A DNA stretch of 64,000 nucleotides from Dehalococcoidia bacterium (GTDB lineage Bacteria; Chloroflexota; Dehalococcoidia; SM23-28-2): positions 15,464 to 79,463 of the forward strand of contig DAOUEZ010000012.1 of the NCBI GenBank assembly GCA_034429995.1, read 5' to 3'. The stretch's first letter is position 1. Each line of letters opens with the position of its first letter. This document shows positions 47,179 to 56,748 of this stretch, piece after piece. Under the pieces are notes generated by a model that searched no databases, was not told where the DNA came from, and was given only the letters and a program-made list of their open reading frames with translations. Position numbers and translations under genes: made by a program.

Positions 47179-47658
47179 ATGATTCGGGCGGGTGTGCTCA
47201 TTGTCCTTTGCCTTCTTGCGGGTCTTGCGCTGGCCGCTGCCTGTGGTGGGGGTGAGGAAGAGCCCACGGCAACACCTACTGCCACCGCAACACCCTTGGC
47301 TACGCTTACCCCGGAAGGCACGGTCGCTACCGAGCTGCCAGAGGGCTTTCCTGGGGACTTCCCTGTCTACGCCAAGGCCACCGTCGAGGCGGCCACCGTT
47401 GCTCCGGAGGGGGGCGGGTTCCTGGCGGAATGGCGATCCAGCGATAGCCCTGACCAGGTGCGGGCTTTCTATGAGAGGGAACTGGACAAGGAGCCCTGGC
47501 AGGTGGAGAACGTGGTGGAGATCGCCGAGGAGGAGGTCGTTGTCATCGAGTTCGCCAGGGTGGATAGCGGTGGAGAATGGGGTACGGTAGCCATCCGCAC
47601 CGTGCAGGAGAACGGGCAATACGTGACCATCGCCCTTTCACTCACCGTTCCTCAATAG
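47179..47658 (+). CDS. Small secreted lipoprotein, unknown function
   Basis: Signal peptide with lipobox LAAAC followed by TP-rich linker. Confidence 0.45.
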   Translation: MIRAGVLIVLCLLAGLALAAACGGGEEEPTATPTATATPLATLTPEGTVATELPEGFPGDFPVYAKATVEAATVAPEGGGFLAEWRSSDSPDQVRAFYERELDKEPWQVENVVEIAEEEVVVIEFARVDSGGEWGTVAIRTVQENGQYVTIALSLTVPQ

Positions 47659-49005
47659 CTAGGTCAACTGGGAGAGCAGAAGGGTCGCCAGGCCCAGCAG
47701 GAAGAAGAAGCCCAGGACATCGGTAAAGCCGGTCAGGAAGACTCCCGAGGCGACAGCAGGATCGAGGCGCAGCCAGCGCAGGCCCAGCGGTATTATCGCC
47801 CCCCAGAAGCCGGCCACTACCAGATTTAGCAGTATAGCCAGACCGACGACCAGACCCAGCCAGGCGTTATTCCACCATACCCAGGCTATCAGGCCGACGA
47901 ATAGCCCCAGGGCGATGCCCTCCAGCAGGCCCACGGACACTTCTTTGATCAGGACGCGTCTGGCGTCTTTGAGCTCTACCTCTCCCAGGGCGATCTCGCG
48001 TACCACCAGGGTTATGGTCTGAATGCCAGCATTGCCCCCCTGGGCGGCCACGATGGGCATGAACACGGCCAGGGCCGCTATCTGTTCGATAGTGTCTATA
48101 AAGCGACTGACGACGCCAGCGGCTATGAAGACCAGGGCAAGGTTCACTGCCAGCCAGGGCAACCGTCTGCGGGCCGAGACGTTGACGGGGTCATAACCGC
48201 TCTCTTCGGCTGGCAGGCCGACGATGCCATACATGTCCTCGGTGGCCTCCTCGGAGGCGACGGCCATGGCGTCGTCCATGGTGGTGATGCCTAGCAGATG
48301 GCGCTCTTCGTCCACCACCGGTACGGCGCGCAGGCGGTAGTGCTGGATCAGGCGCGCGCACTCCTCCTGGTCGGTTTGGGGCGCTACCGTAATCACGTCT
48401 CGGCTCATGACTTGGTGGATGGGGGTTGCGGCAGGAGCTACCACCAGCTCGCGCAGGCTTAGCACGCCCTCCAGGCGATTGGCGGCATCCAGGACGTACA
48501 GGTAGTAGGCCTCCTCCACGTTGGGCTTGCGCAGCCGCAGGTACTTGATAGCGTCCTGGGTGGTCATGTCGGTGTGGAGGGACACGAAGCCGCGGGTCAT
48601 GATGCCGCCGGCGCTCTCGTCGGCATGTGCCAGGAGGGGAGCCACTTCTGAGGCCGTGCTCATGGTGGAGAGCACCCGCGCGCCCTCCGCCGGGGGCAAC
48701 GTGCGGAGGATGTCGGCGGCCACGTCGTTATCTATCTTGTCCAGGACGCGGGCCAGAGACGCTCGTGGCATCTTCTCCACCACTACGGCCCGCTCCTCGG
48801 GGTCCAGGTACTCCAGCAGGTGAGCGAGGCCTTCCGCCGACAGAAGGGCCAGAAAGGCCTCCCGCAGCTCTGGCTCCAGGTGCCAGAAGAGCTCGGCCTG
48901 GTCGGCCGGGTGGATAGAGCCAACCAGCTCGACAGCGTCCTTCAGGGCCTTGCCCCGCAGGAGATCCTCCACCGTCTTGATCATGACCTCGGCGTCTTGC
49001 TCCAC
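47659..49005 (-). CDS. mgtE: Magnesium transporter MgtE
   Basis: N-domain, tandem CBS domains, and C-terminal 5-TM MgtE domain (PIVAAQGGNAGIQT...). Confidence 0.85.
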   Translation of the reverse strand: MEQDAEVMIKTVEDLLRGKALKDAVELVGSIHPADQAELFWHLEPELREAFLALLSAEGLAHLLEYLDPEERAVVVEKMPRASLARVLDKIDNDVAADILRTLPPAEGARVLSTMSTASEVAPLLAHADESAGGIMTRGFVSLHTDMTTQDAIKYLRLRKPNVEEAYYLYVLDAANRLEGVLSLRELVVAPAATPIHQVMSRDVITVAPQTDQEECARLIQHYRLRAVPVVDEERHLLGITTMDDAMAVASEEATEDMYGIVGLPAEESGYDPVNVSARRRLPWLAVNLALVFIAAGVVSRFIDTIEQIAALAVFMPIVAAQGGNAGIQTITLVVREIALGEVELKDARRVLIKEVSVGLLEGIALGLFVGLIAWVWWNNAWLGLVVGLAILLNLVVAGFWGAIIPLGLRWLRLDPAVASGVFLTGFTDVLGFFFLLGLATLLLSQLT

Positions 49006-49109
49006 GTTGGCTCTCCCAAGTAGTTGTCAACTGGCGTGCTTGCCAGCAGGCAAGCACGGTTGAGGCCGCACGGGGCCTATGATAAACTTTCTGGGGCTTG
49101 TTGAACACT

Positions 49110-49191
49110 CCGTAGCTTGGTTTGGCTCAGCCAACGGTTCGAACGTGCCCCCGTAGCTTGGTTTGGCTCAGCCAACGGTTCGAACGTGCCC
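49110..49191 (+). repeat. Two tandem 41-bp direct repeats each containing the first 12 nt of the downstream tRNA-Arg gene
   Basis: cgtagcttggtttggctcagccaacggttcgaacgtgcccc x2, third occurrence of gtgcccccgtagct begins the tRNA. Confidence 0.85.
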
Positions 49192-49261
49192 CCGTAGCTC
49201 AATTGGATAGAGCGCCTGGCTTCGGACCAGGCGGTTGTGGGTTCGAGTCCTGCCGGGGGCG
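49188..49261 (+). tRNA. tRNA-Arg (anticodon TCG)
   Basis: Acceptor GCCCCCG/CGGGGGC, D-arm GCTC..GAGC, anticodon stem CCTGG/CCAGG loop CTTCGGA, T-loop TTCGAGT (T-stem has two G-U pairs). Confidence 0.65.
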
Positions 49262-49286
49262 CTAGCTTTTTCCCTTTGGGAGTGGT

Positions 49287-49583
49287 ATGGCGGAGAGGAT
49301 AGGGCGAAGGCCGAGACCGGACAGGTCGCGCCTGTATGGAGTCATCATCTGCGGGACTACTCTGGCTATCGCTGCTGCCTTGCTGGAGGGAGTGCGAAGG
49401 CGTAGCTACTGGGCGCTGGCTGCCCCTCTTGTGGTGGGCAGCCTGGGGGTTCTTTCGGTGGCCTTCTGGATCGGCTGGACCCTTGCTATGACGCGGCTAC
49501 AGGCTCTGACGCCGCAGCCGGACTCGGCTGGCACGCCTGCTGGTAGACGGCCTCGGTCTGCAAAGCAGCCTTCCGCCAATTGA
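49287..49583 (+). CDS. Hypothetical small membrane protein (two TM helices)
   Basis: ORF with GGGAG RBS; overlaps 3' end of convergent GT4 gene; weak. Confidence 0.25.
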   Translation: MAERIGRRPRPDRSRLYGVIICGTTLAIAAALLEGVRRRSYWALAAPLVVGSLGVLSVAFWIGWTLAMTRLQALTPQPDSAGTPAGRRPRSAKQPSAN

Positions 49584-50763
49584 ACTTGTCTAGGATCCTC
49601 TGCCTGCCCGCCTGGCCCATTCGCCGCCGCAAGTGGGCATCTCTCATCAGCGTGTCCATGGCCTCGGCCAGGGCACGGGCATCGGCTGGCGGCACCAGGA
49701 TGCCGGTGACGCCGTCCTCCACCACCTCGGGTAGCGCGCCGCCGGTGGTGGCTACCACCGGCAGGCCGCAGGCCATGGCCTCGGCGGCGGGCAGGCCAAA
49801 CCCCTCGTACAGGGAAGGGCAGACGCTCATCTGGGCGCGGCAGTAGTGGCGCACCAGTTGGGGCGTGGTAACTCGCCCGGTGAAGCGAACGCGGGTGCTC
49901 AGGCCGTAGCGGCGCAATAGGCGCGGGGCTAGCCTCAGTTGCTGCCGCGGCCGATCGACAAAGGTCAGGCGGTAGTCTGTGCTGTCGCGTAGGTAGCGCA
50001 GGGCCTGGAGGAGATAGAGGGCGCCCTTGTTCCGATCCTCGGAGTTGCTCACGTAGATGATGTCGTTGGGCTGTTTGGCCACCCTGAGAGGGCGGAACAT
50101 GTCGGTGTCGATTCCGTTGTAGATGATGTCCATCTGCTGCCTGGGCACAGCGAAGGCTAGCTCTACCATACGGGCGGAGGCTTCCGACACGGTGATGATC
50201 CTATCCAGATGGCGGGCAACGAACTCCTGCATGAAGATGGGGTAGTAGATGAGGCGACGGGCCTTCTCGATGGGGCCTGTGGCCTGGGCAACAGCGTTGC
50301 GCACATCGATGGACAAGGGGTGGTGGATGGTAGCCACCGTAGGCACACCGCAGCTCTTTATTAGCAGCAGGCCGATGCCCAGCCCCTGGTTGTCGTGAAC
50401 GACATCGAAGGGGTGACGGCGGTGCAGCTCCTGGAACTTAGCCACTGCCCGCAGGCTGAAGGTGAACATCAGGGAGAAGATGCCGGCGCGGGTGCTGGCG
50501 AACTCGAACAGGTTCAGAGGGTAGAAGAACTGCAGCGGGTTGGGCCGGTCAAGGAATTCTCGGCGCGCCTCGACGAAGCGGAACCAGCTGAAGCTCTCCA
50601 GGCGGTGCACTTGGACGCCCTCGGCCATGGTGGGGTAGGGGGGGCCGGCGATGACGTGCACCTCATGGCCGAGGCGCATGAGCTCGCGGGTCAGGTAGTA
50701 GAGATAGATTCCCTGGCCGCCAGAGTACATGCTGCCGTGATACATGAGGAAGCAAATGTTCAT
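49486..50763 (-). CDS. Glycosyltransferase family 4 (GT-B fold)
   Basis: N-terminal MNICFLMYHGSMYSGGQGIY and C-terminal EGFGLPAAEAMACGLPVVAT E-x7-E motif; start trimmed to internal ATG. Confidence 0.75.
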   Translation of the reverse strand: MNICFLMYHGSMYSGGQGIYLYYLTRELMRLGHEVHVIAGPPYPTMAEGVQVHRLESFSWFRFVEARREFLDRPNPLQFFYPLNLFEFASTRAGIFSLMFTFSLRAVAKFQELHRRHPFDVVHDNQGLGIGLLLIKSCGVPTVATIHHPLSIDVRNAVAQATGPIEKARRLIYYPIFMQEFVARHLDRIITVSEASARMVELAFAVPRQQMDIIYNGIDTDMFRPLRVAKQPNDIIYVSNSEDRNKGALYLLQALRYLRDSTDYRLTFVDRPRQQLRLAPRLLRRYGLSTRVRFTGRVTTPQLVRHYCRAQMSVCPSLYEGFGLPAAEAMACGLPVVATTGGALPEVVEDGVTGILVPPADARALAEAMDTLMRDAHLRRRMGQAGRQRILDKFNWRKAALQTEAVYQQACQPSPAAASEPVAAS

Positions 50764-51605
50764 CGGGCTCTCCTGGGTTGCCGCCTGGCTCGGCGAGGGG
50801 CCCTTCGCCTCTTGACCTCGGGCCTGGGCGACCAAACGGATATAATGACGTCGCTCATGCTGGGCGTGAGCCGGGCGATGGAGTCGGCCGTCCTGAGGAT
50901 GGCGAAGGCCAGGGGCCGAGGTAGGTTATCGAGGAAGCTTCCCCAGCCGGGGAAGAGCCATAGCAGGGAAACGCCGAAGCATTTCCTGAGCTTGAGCCAT
51001 CCATCGCCGAGGCGGATTATCTGGTGGTAATGGCCCTTGAAGGTGTGATGGTCGGGTATTACCCAGTAGGGGTGCTCGGTTCTGGACATCCAGCGGCAGC
51101 GGACAAGCAGCGGATAGAGCCAGCGGCCGAGCTTGCAGGAGAGGCTCTCGTAGTTGGTGAGGGCGATGATGGCTCGGCCCTGCGGCTTCAGCACGCGGGC
51201 GGCCTCCCTTATGAAGGCCTGGGGGTCGGCAAAATGGTCCAGCGAGCCCTTGCAGATCAGGCGGTCGAAGGAGGAATCGCGGAAGGGGAGCCTTTCGCCT
51301 AGCCCTCTTACCAGGGGTAGGCTGACCCTCTGCTGCCGGGCATCGCGACGGGCTATTGTCAGCATCTTGTCGGAGGAATCGAGGCCCCAGGCCTGCCAGC
51401 CCTTCTGGGAGAACTGGATCATCTCCCTGGCGGAGCCGCAGCCCACATCGAGGATCCGTCCCCGTCGTAGACGTTGGGCCGCCTGGATAGTAGCCTCGCT
51501 TAGCCGGTCAATGTAGAACTCGGTGTCCGGGTGGTAGGGGCCGGGGAAGACATCTTCCAGATGGTAGTCGAGGTCAGGCTGCGGCTGGTCCAAGGCTGTC
51601 ATCAC
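50760..51605 (-). CDS. Class I SAM-dependent methyltransferase
   Basis: ILDVGCGSAREM motif I, Methyltransf_11-like. Confidence 0.7.
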   Translation of the reverse strand: MMTALDQPQPDLDYHLEDVFPGPYHPDTEFYIDRLSEATIQAAQRLRRGRILDVGCGSAREMIQFSQKGWQAWGLDSSDKMLTIARRDARQQRVSLPLVRGLGERLPFRDSSFDRLICKGSLDHFADPQAFIREAARVLKPQGRAIIALTNYESLSCKLGRWLYPLLVRCRWMSRTEHPYWVIPDHHTFKGHYHQIIRLGDGWLKLRKCFGVSLLWLFPGWGSFLDNLPRPLAFAILRTADSIARLTPSMSDVIISVWSPRPEVKRRRAPRRARRQPRRAR

Positions 51606-51606
51606 C

Positions 51607-52197
51607 TCAACCTGATCTCGAGCTTTTTGCCGGCCGGCGAGGACGGCGCGGCGGTCGCCATTCCTTCACTGCCCTCAGGATGACGAAGGCCTCATCGAAG
51701 CCTACCCAGGGGCCCCACCAGCGCTCGCAGCGGTACTGGGCGGTGCGGCTGCGATTGGCCAGAGCCTCTAGAGCGTCGCTCACAAGGCGGCGCAAGGGGC
51801 TGGCTCGGCCCTTGGCGGCAGCGGTGATGAAGCGCAGGCGGGCATACTCCAGCTCGAAGCGGGCCCGCTCGTTGATGGCAAAGGAGGCGAAGGTTTCGAT
51901 GGTCAGACCGCGCCTGTGGCCGGGGTCGACCCAGGTCACATAGGGGGAGGAGGCATGGGGCACCCGGATGTAGACCAGGCTCCCCTCCTTGCACACCCGC
52001 CAGATTTCCTCCATCGTCGCCACCAGGTCCTCGGCATGCTCTAGGACGTGGTAGGCATAAATCTCGTCGGCACAGTTGTCTTTGAGGGGCAAACCCACGT
52101 TCGGGTCGGCCTTGACGCCGGTCCTGGGGACGAGATAGGGGTCGATGCCTATGACATCCCGACGCTGGGTGCGGCAGCCGATGTCCAGTCTGATCAT
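51607..52197 (-). CDS. Class I SAM-dependent methyltransferase (short)
   Basis: IGIDPY...ADEIYAYHVLEH...GSLVYIRVP methyltransferase type 11 motifs. Confidence 0.6.
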   Translation of the reverse strand: MIRLDIGCRTQRRDVIGIDPYLVPRTGVKADPNVGLPLKDNCADEIYAYHVLEHAEDLVATMEEIWRVCKEGSLVYIRVPHASSPYVTWVDPGHRRGLTIETFASFAINERARFELEYARLRFITAAAKGRASPLRRLVSDALEALANRSRTAQYRCERWWGPWVGFDEAFVILRAVKEWRPPRRPRRPAKSSRSG

Positions 52198-52203
52198 CGT
52201 TCC

Positions 52204-52998
52204 CTAACCATCGCCGGCCGGGGCCGCTCCGGCATGGCCGAAGACCTGGGCCAGGTACTCGTCTACCACATCCCGAGGGTCGCCCTGGGCGGCGATGACG
52301 CCGTGGCTGAGGAGCACCGCGCGGTCGCAGAAGCGCTTCACGCTCTCCAGGTCGTGGGTGACCAGGACGATGGTCACCTGCTCCTGACGCAGCCTATCGA
52401 TGTGGGCAAAGCACTTGTCCTGGAACTCGGCGTCGCCCACCGCCAGCACCTCGTCCACCAGGAGGATCTCGGGCTTGACGTGCACGGCGACGGCGAAGCC
52501 CAAGCGCACATACATGCCCGAAGAGTAGGTGCGCATGGGCTGGTTGATGAATTCCCCCAGCTCGGAGAACTCCGTTATCTCTGGCAGCTTCTCCTGGGCC
52601 TCCTTGCGGGATAGGCCCAGGAGGACGGCGTTGAGGATGGCGTTCTCCCGCCCGCTGAGCTGGGCGTGGAAGCCCGCCCCCAGCTCCAGCAAGGGCGACA
52701 CACGCCCTCGCACCATGAGCGTGCCCTGCGTGGGCGGGGCCAGGCGAGCCATGATGCGCAGCAGTGTGCTCTTGCCAGCGCCGTTGGCGCCGATGATGCC
52801 CACGCTCTCGCCCTGGCAGACGGAGAGCGATATGTCTCTCAGGGCCCAGAACGGCTCCTTGGCGCGGCTGGCTTTGAGGTAGGTGGGAAGATGCAAAAGG
52901 GCCGTCTTCAGCTCTCTCGCGCGTTCGTGCTGGAGGAAGTAGCGCTTGGAGATGTTATCCAGGGCTATGACCTCTTGATCGTTATAGGGCGTCTTCAA
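52204..52998 (-). CDS. Polysaccharide/O-antigen ABC exporter ATP-binding protein (Wzt/TagH-like, no C-terminal carbohydrate-binding domain)
   Basis: Walker A GANGAGKST, signature LSGGM, Walker B ILLVDE; start set to TTG 52998 (GAGGA RBS) rather than 53112 to avoid 130-bp overlap with permease gene. Confidence 0.75.
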   Translation of the reverse strand: MKTPYNDQEVIALDNISKRYFLQHERARELKTALLHLPTYLKASRAKEPFWALRDISLSVCQGESVGIIGANGAGKSTLLRIMARLAPPTQGTLMVRGRVSPLLELGAGFHAQLSGRENAILNAVLLGLSRKEAQEKLPEITEFSELGEFINQPMRTYSSGMYVRLGFAVAVHVKPEILLVDEVLAVGDAEFQDKCFAHIDRLRQEQVTIVLVTHDLESVKRFCDRAVLLSHGVIAAQGDPRDVVDEYLAQVFGHAGAAPAGDG

Positions 52999-53791
52999 AA
53001 CGTTCCTCGAGAGTCTTGAATACGATGATGCCGGCCACCAGGGCGACGGCTGTGAAGACAAGGGCCGGCCAGATACCGGCTGATGGGAGCTTGTTGTCCA
53101 GGAACAGGTCACGCCAGGCCTCGATGAGAGAAGTCATGGGGTTGATGAGCATCACCGGCTGCACCTTTTCGGGGACCCGATCCAGAGAATAGAGGATGGG
53201 CGTCATATAGAACCAGAGGTTCAAGAAGACCTCCACCAGGTGCTCCAGGTCGCGCAGGAACACGTTGAACGAGGCGACCACGAGGACAGCCCCCGCCAGC
53301 AGCAGAAGCTGTATGGCGATGAGGAGGGGGATGCCTAGCAGCCACTCGGGCCCAGGGTAGCGGCCCGAAGCTATGAGGAGCAACATGAGTATGGGTATCG
53401 ATAGGCAGAAGTGGAATAGCTGATTGGTGACTGTCGATAGGGGCAGGACGAAACGGGGGAAGTAGACCTTCTTGAGCAAGGGGGCGTTATTAGAGAAGGA
53501 CGAGGTGGAGAACTGTAGCGAAGCCTGAAACCAGCCCCACGCGAACAGAGCAGACAATAGGAACAGATGATAGGGAGCGTCTCCCACCTTTATGCCGAGC
53601 ACTCTATTGAGAGCGAAGTAAAGAACCAGACCGAGGAGCAGGGGCTTGGCCATGGTCCAGAGGAAGCCCAGGATGGTGCCCTGATAGCGCAGCTTTAGCT
53701 CGCGAGCGGTGAGAAGCACCAGCAGTTCCCAGGTGTGGGTCACCTGGGACAGGTTGATGCCAGTCGGCAAAGGGATAGACAGCACGCGCAC
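52982..53791 (-). CDS. ABC-2 type polysaccharide exporter permease (Wzm/TagG-like)
   Basis: 6 TM helices, ABC-2 family conserved N-terminal LLTARELKLRYQGTILGFLWT. Confidence 0.75.
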   Translation of the reverse strand: MRVLSIPLPTGINLSQVTHTWELLVLLTARELKLRYQGTILGFLWTMAKPLLLGLVLYFALNRVLGIKVGDAPYHLFLLSALFAWGWFQASLQFSTSSFSNNAPLLKKVYFPRFVLPLSTVTNQLFHFCLSIPILMLLLIASGRYPGPEWLLGIPLLIAIQLLLLAGAVLVVASFNVFLRDLEHLVEVFLNLWFYMTPILYSLDRVPEKVQPVMLINPMTSLIEAWRDLFLDNKLPSAGIWPALVFTAVALVAGIIVFKTLEERFEDAL

Positions 53792-53946
53792 AGAGTTTCT
53801 CCAGAACTGCCGAGAATCTCAGACAGTAGACTAGCAGGACGGGGATCATAAATCAAGGAATGCCTCGCCGTCAGGCGGCTGCAGCCGTTTGCCTTGACAA
53901 TGGGGGAGGACTAAAATACTCCTAGCCCGGTCGCGGGCGAAGGTCT

Positions 53947-55083
53947 ATGGCGAAAGAGAATCCGAAAGGGCTGATCCTCAGCGGCGGCAAGGGCGAACGC
54001 CTGCGCCCCTTCACCTATACGGGTGCCAAGCAGTTGGTGCCCATCGCTAACAAGCCCGTCCTTTTCTACGCCATCGAGGACCTGGTGGGCTGTGGCATCA
54101 CCGACATCGGCATTGTGGTGGGCGACACGCGGGCGCAGGTGGAGAAAGCGGTGGGCGATGGCAATCGCTTCGGTGCCAGGGTGACCTACATCCAGCAGGA
54201 GGCCCCCCTGGGCATCGCCCACGCTGTGAAGATCGCCGCTGATTTCCTGGCCGGCCATCCCTTCGTCCTCTACCTGGGGGACAACCTGGTGCTGGGCGGT
54301 GTGGCCCCCTTTGTGCAGCGCTTCCGCAGCGATTCCAGCAACTGCCAGCTTCTTCTCAGGCGGGTGGACACGCCCCAGAGCTTCGGCGTGGCCGAGCTGG
54401 TGGACGGCCGGGTGGCGCGGGTGGTGGAGAAGCCACGCCAGCCGGCCAGCGACCTGGCAGTGATCGGCGTATACATGTTCGACCAGCATGTGTTCGAGGC
54501 GGTGGAGCAGCTACGGCCCTCGGCTCGCGGCGAGCTGGAGATCGCCGACACCATCCAGTACCTCATCGATAAGGGGCTGGCCGTGCGTGCCCAGGAGCTG
54601 GACCGGTACTGGATGGACACCGGCAAGATGGGCGATATCCTGGAGGCCAATGCGGTCGTTCTCGATGCCTTGCCAGCCAGGAAGGAAGGCAGCATCGACA
54701 GCGCCTCGCGGGTGGGGGGCAAGGTGATCGTCGAGCGCGGCGCCCAGGTGACCAACAGCGTGCTGGAGGGCCCGCTGATCATTGGCGAGGAGAGCCGCAT
54801 CGTGGATTCGGAGATCGGGCCCCACGCCTCCATTTATCACCACTGTCAAGTGAAAGACAGCCGTATCGCTAACAGCGTGGTCATGGAGCACACGCTGATC
54901 GAGGGCGTGGGCTACCGCATCGAGGACAGCCTCATCGGCCGCTACGTGGAGCTGAGAGGCGACGGTGGGGTGGACGACCGCCGTTGCGCGCTTACCCTGG
55001 GCGACCACAGCCAGATCCGAGCTCAAGCCGATGAAGGTGGGCTTTCGGGCATTTCGAATCTGCGTAGGGAGCGCGGGCCATGA
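53947..55083 (+). CDS. rmlA: Glucose-1-phosphate thymidylyltransferase, long form with C-terminal left-handed beta-helix
   Basis: GLILSGGKGERLRPFTYTGAKQL nucleotidyltransferase motif; C-terminal hexapeptide repeats. Confidence 0.7.
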   Translation: MAKENPKGLILSGGKGERLRPFTYTGAKQLVPIANKPVLFYAIEDLVGCGITDIGIVVGDTRAQVEKAVGDGNRFGARVTYIQQEAPLGIAHAVKIAADFLAGHPFVLYLGDNLVLGGVAPFVQRFRSDSSNCQLLLRRVDTPQSFGVAELVDGRVARVVEKPRQPASDLAVIGVYMFDQHVFEAVEQLRPSARGELEIADTIQYLIDKGLAVRAQELDRYWMDTGKMGDILEANAVVLDALPARKEGSIDSASRVGGKVIVERGAQVTNSVLEGPLIIGEESRIVDSEIGPHASIYHHCQVKDSRIANSVVMEHTLIEGVGYRIEDSLIGRYVELRGDGGVDDRRCALTLGDHSQIRAQADEGGLSGISNLRRERGP

Positions 55084-55658
55084 CCGCGGCCACATGGGCA
55101 CTTGTAGCCGTTACTTTTCTCCTCGCGGTCGGCGCGGCCTGGTATGCGCTGGAGACCCGCAGGATAGTGAAGAGAATGGATCTGGAGCGCGAGGATAGGA
55201 TTCGGCCCTTCCTGGGATTTCAGTTGATACCCTGGGAGCCGATCTTGCTTAAGCTTAGGATCCAAAATCTCGGCTGGGGGCCTGCCTTAGAGGTTAAGGG
55301 GTACATTGAGGCGGTCTCTGGATCGGGTAACGAAAGTTTTGCCTGGAGCTACCCCCTGCTTGCTCCGGGTAAATACGAAGACTTCGGTTTCCCTGCGCCC
55401 CCAGGTGCCACCAGCGACGACCGGTTCAGGCTCGATACCATAAGAGGACGGGTCGATACCGTTAGAGCGCAGTTCAGCTACAAATCTGTTCGCGGTCGCG
55501 AATATAGCCTGGACGATGCCATCTCGGTTGCGGAAGTCACGGCTGACTGGATAAGCAGTCGCATGTTGGCGACTGAGGATCACCCTGAACGGCTCGTACC
55601 TCGCATTGCCAAAGCGCTGGAGGGCATCGAGGAGCACATCAAGGCTGTCGGTAAATGA
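55080..55658 (+). CDS. Hypothetical membrane-anchored protein
   Basis: N-terminal TM helix; 4-bp overlap with upstream gene suggests co-translation in the rml operon. Confidence 0.35.
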   Translation: MTAATWALVAVTFLLAVGAAWYALETRRIVKRMDLEREDRIRPFLGFQLIPWEPILLKLRIQNLGWGPALEVKGYIEAVSGSGNESFAWSYPLLAPGKYEDFGFPAPPGATSDDRFRLDTIRGRVDTVRAQFSYKSVRGREYSLDDAISVAEVTADWISSRMLATEDHPERLVPRIAKALEGIEEHIKAVGK

Positions 55659-55710
55659 GAGCCAGCCTGTGAGTGGGCACATGACGCGTTCATCCCTGGC
55701 GAGGCGGAGT

Positions 55711-56748
55711 ATGCGCAGGATTCTGGTCACGGGTGGGGCAGGATTCATCGGCAGTCACTTCGTGCGCCGCCTGTTGCGAGAGCACCCTGAATATGAGGTC
55801 ATCAACGTCGACAAGCTGACCTACGCCGGCAACCGCGACAACCTGCGTGACGTAGACGGCGACCCCCGCTATCGTTTCGTCCAGGGCGACATCTGCGACC
55901 GCCGGCTTGTGGACGAGCTGGTGGGCCAGGCCGATGCCATCGTGAGCCTGGCTGCCGAGACCCATGTTGACCGCTCGCTCCTGGCGGCGGACGCTTTTAT
56001 CAGGACCGATGTTCATGGCACCTACGTGCTCCTCTGCGCTGCCCGCGAGCATGGCATCGAGCGCTTCGTCTACGTCTCCACCGACGAGGTCTACGGGGAG
56101 GTGCCCGAAGGCTACTCGTCTGGCGAAACGGACCCTCTTCGGCCCCGCAACCCTTACGCCGCCAGCAAGGCGGCCGCCGATATGCTCTGCCTGGCCTTCT
56201 TCGCCTCCTACGGCCTGCCGGTCATTGTCAGCCGCGGCGTCAACACCATGGGGCCCTGCCAGTACCCGGAGAAGATGATCCCTCTGTTTATCACTAACGC
56301 CCTGCGCGATGAGCCTCTGCCTCTGTATGGCGACGGCCGCCAGGTGCGCGATTGGCTTTTCGTGGACGACCACTGCGAGGCCCTCGACCTGCTCCTGCAC
56401 GAAGGGACGCCGGGGGAGGTGTACAACATCGCTGCCGACAACTACCGCCAGAACATCCAGGTGGCCGAGGCCATCCTGGCGCTGCTGGGCAAGCCGCGCA
56501 GCCTGGTTCGCCGGGTGGAGGATCGCCCGGGGCACGATAGGCGCTACAGTCTGGACTGGTCGAAGATAAGGGCCCTGGGCTGGTCGCCACGGCGTGGCTT
56601 CGAGGAGGCCCTGGCCAAGACGGTCGCCTGGTATGGCGAAAACGAGTCGTGGTGGCAGAAGGCGCGTTCAGGTGCCTATCGGAACTACTACCAGCGCCAG
56701 TACGGGTGGCGGCTGGAGGCGGCCGCTCGCCGGGAGGGAGAAGGATGA
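55711..56748 (+). CDS. rfbB: dTDP-glucose 4,6-dehydratase
   Basis: ILVTGGAGFIGSH, catalytic STDEVYG, YAASKAAAD (YxxxK). Confidence 0.85.
   Translation: MRRILVTGGAGFIGSHFVRRLLREHPEYEVINVDKLTYAGNRDNLRDVDGDPRYRFVQGDICDRRLVDELVGQADAIVSLAAETHVDRSLLAADAFIRTDVHGTYVLLCAAREHGIERFVYVSTDEVYGEVPEGYSSGETDPLRPRNPYAASKAAADMLCLAFFASYGLPVIVSRGVNTMGPCQYPEKMIPLFITNALRDEPLPLYGDGRQVRDWLFVDDHCEALDLLLHEGTPGEVYNIAADNYRQNIQVAEAILALLGKPRSLVRRVEDRPGHDRRYSLDWSKIRALGWSPRRGFEEALAKTVAWYGENESWWQKARSGAYRNYYQRQYGWRLEAAARREGEG

Noticed and set aside
49006-49187. Possible M-box (Mg2+) riboswitch in the mgtE leader (minus strand)
   Set aside because: No recognisable M-box conserved segments. The region is dominated by the 41-bp tRNA-fragment repeats. 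An Rfam RF00380 scan would settle it.
52999-53112. N-terminal 38 codons of the Wzt ORF from ATG 53112
   Set aside because: This extension overlaps the upstream permease gene by about 130 bp and is low-complexity. An internal TTG at 52998, preceded by GAGGA, gives a typical Wzt N-terminus and a standard small overlap with wzm.
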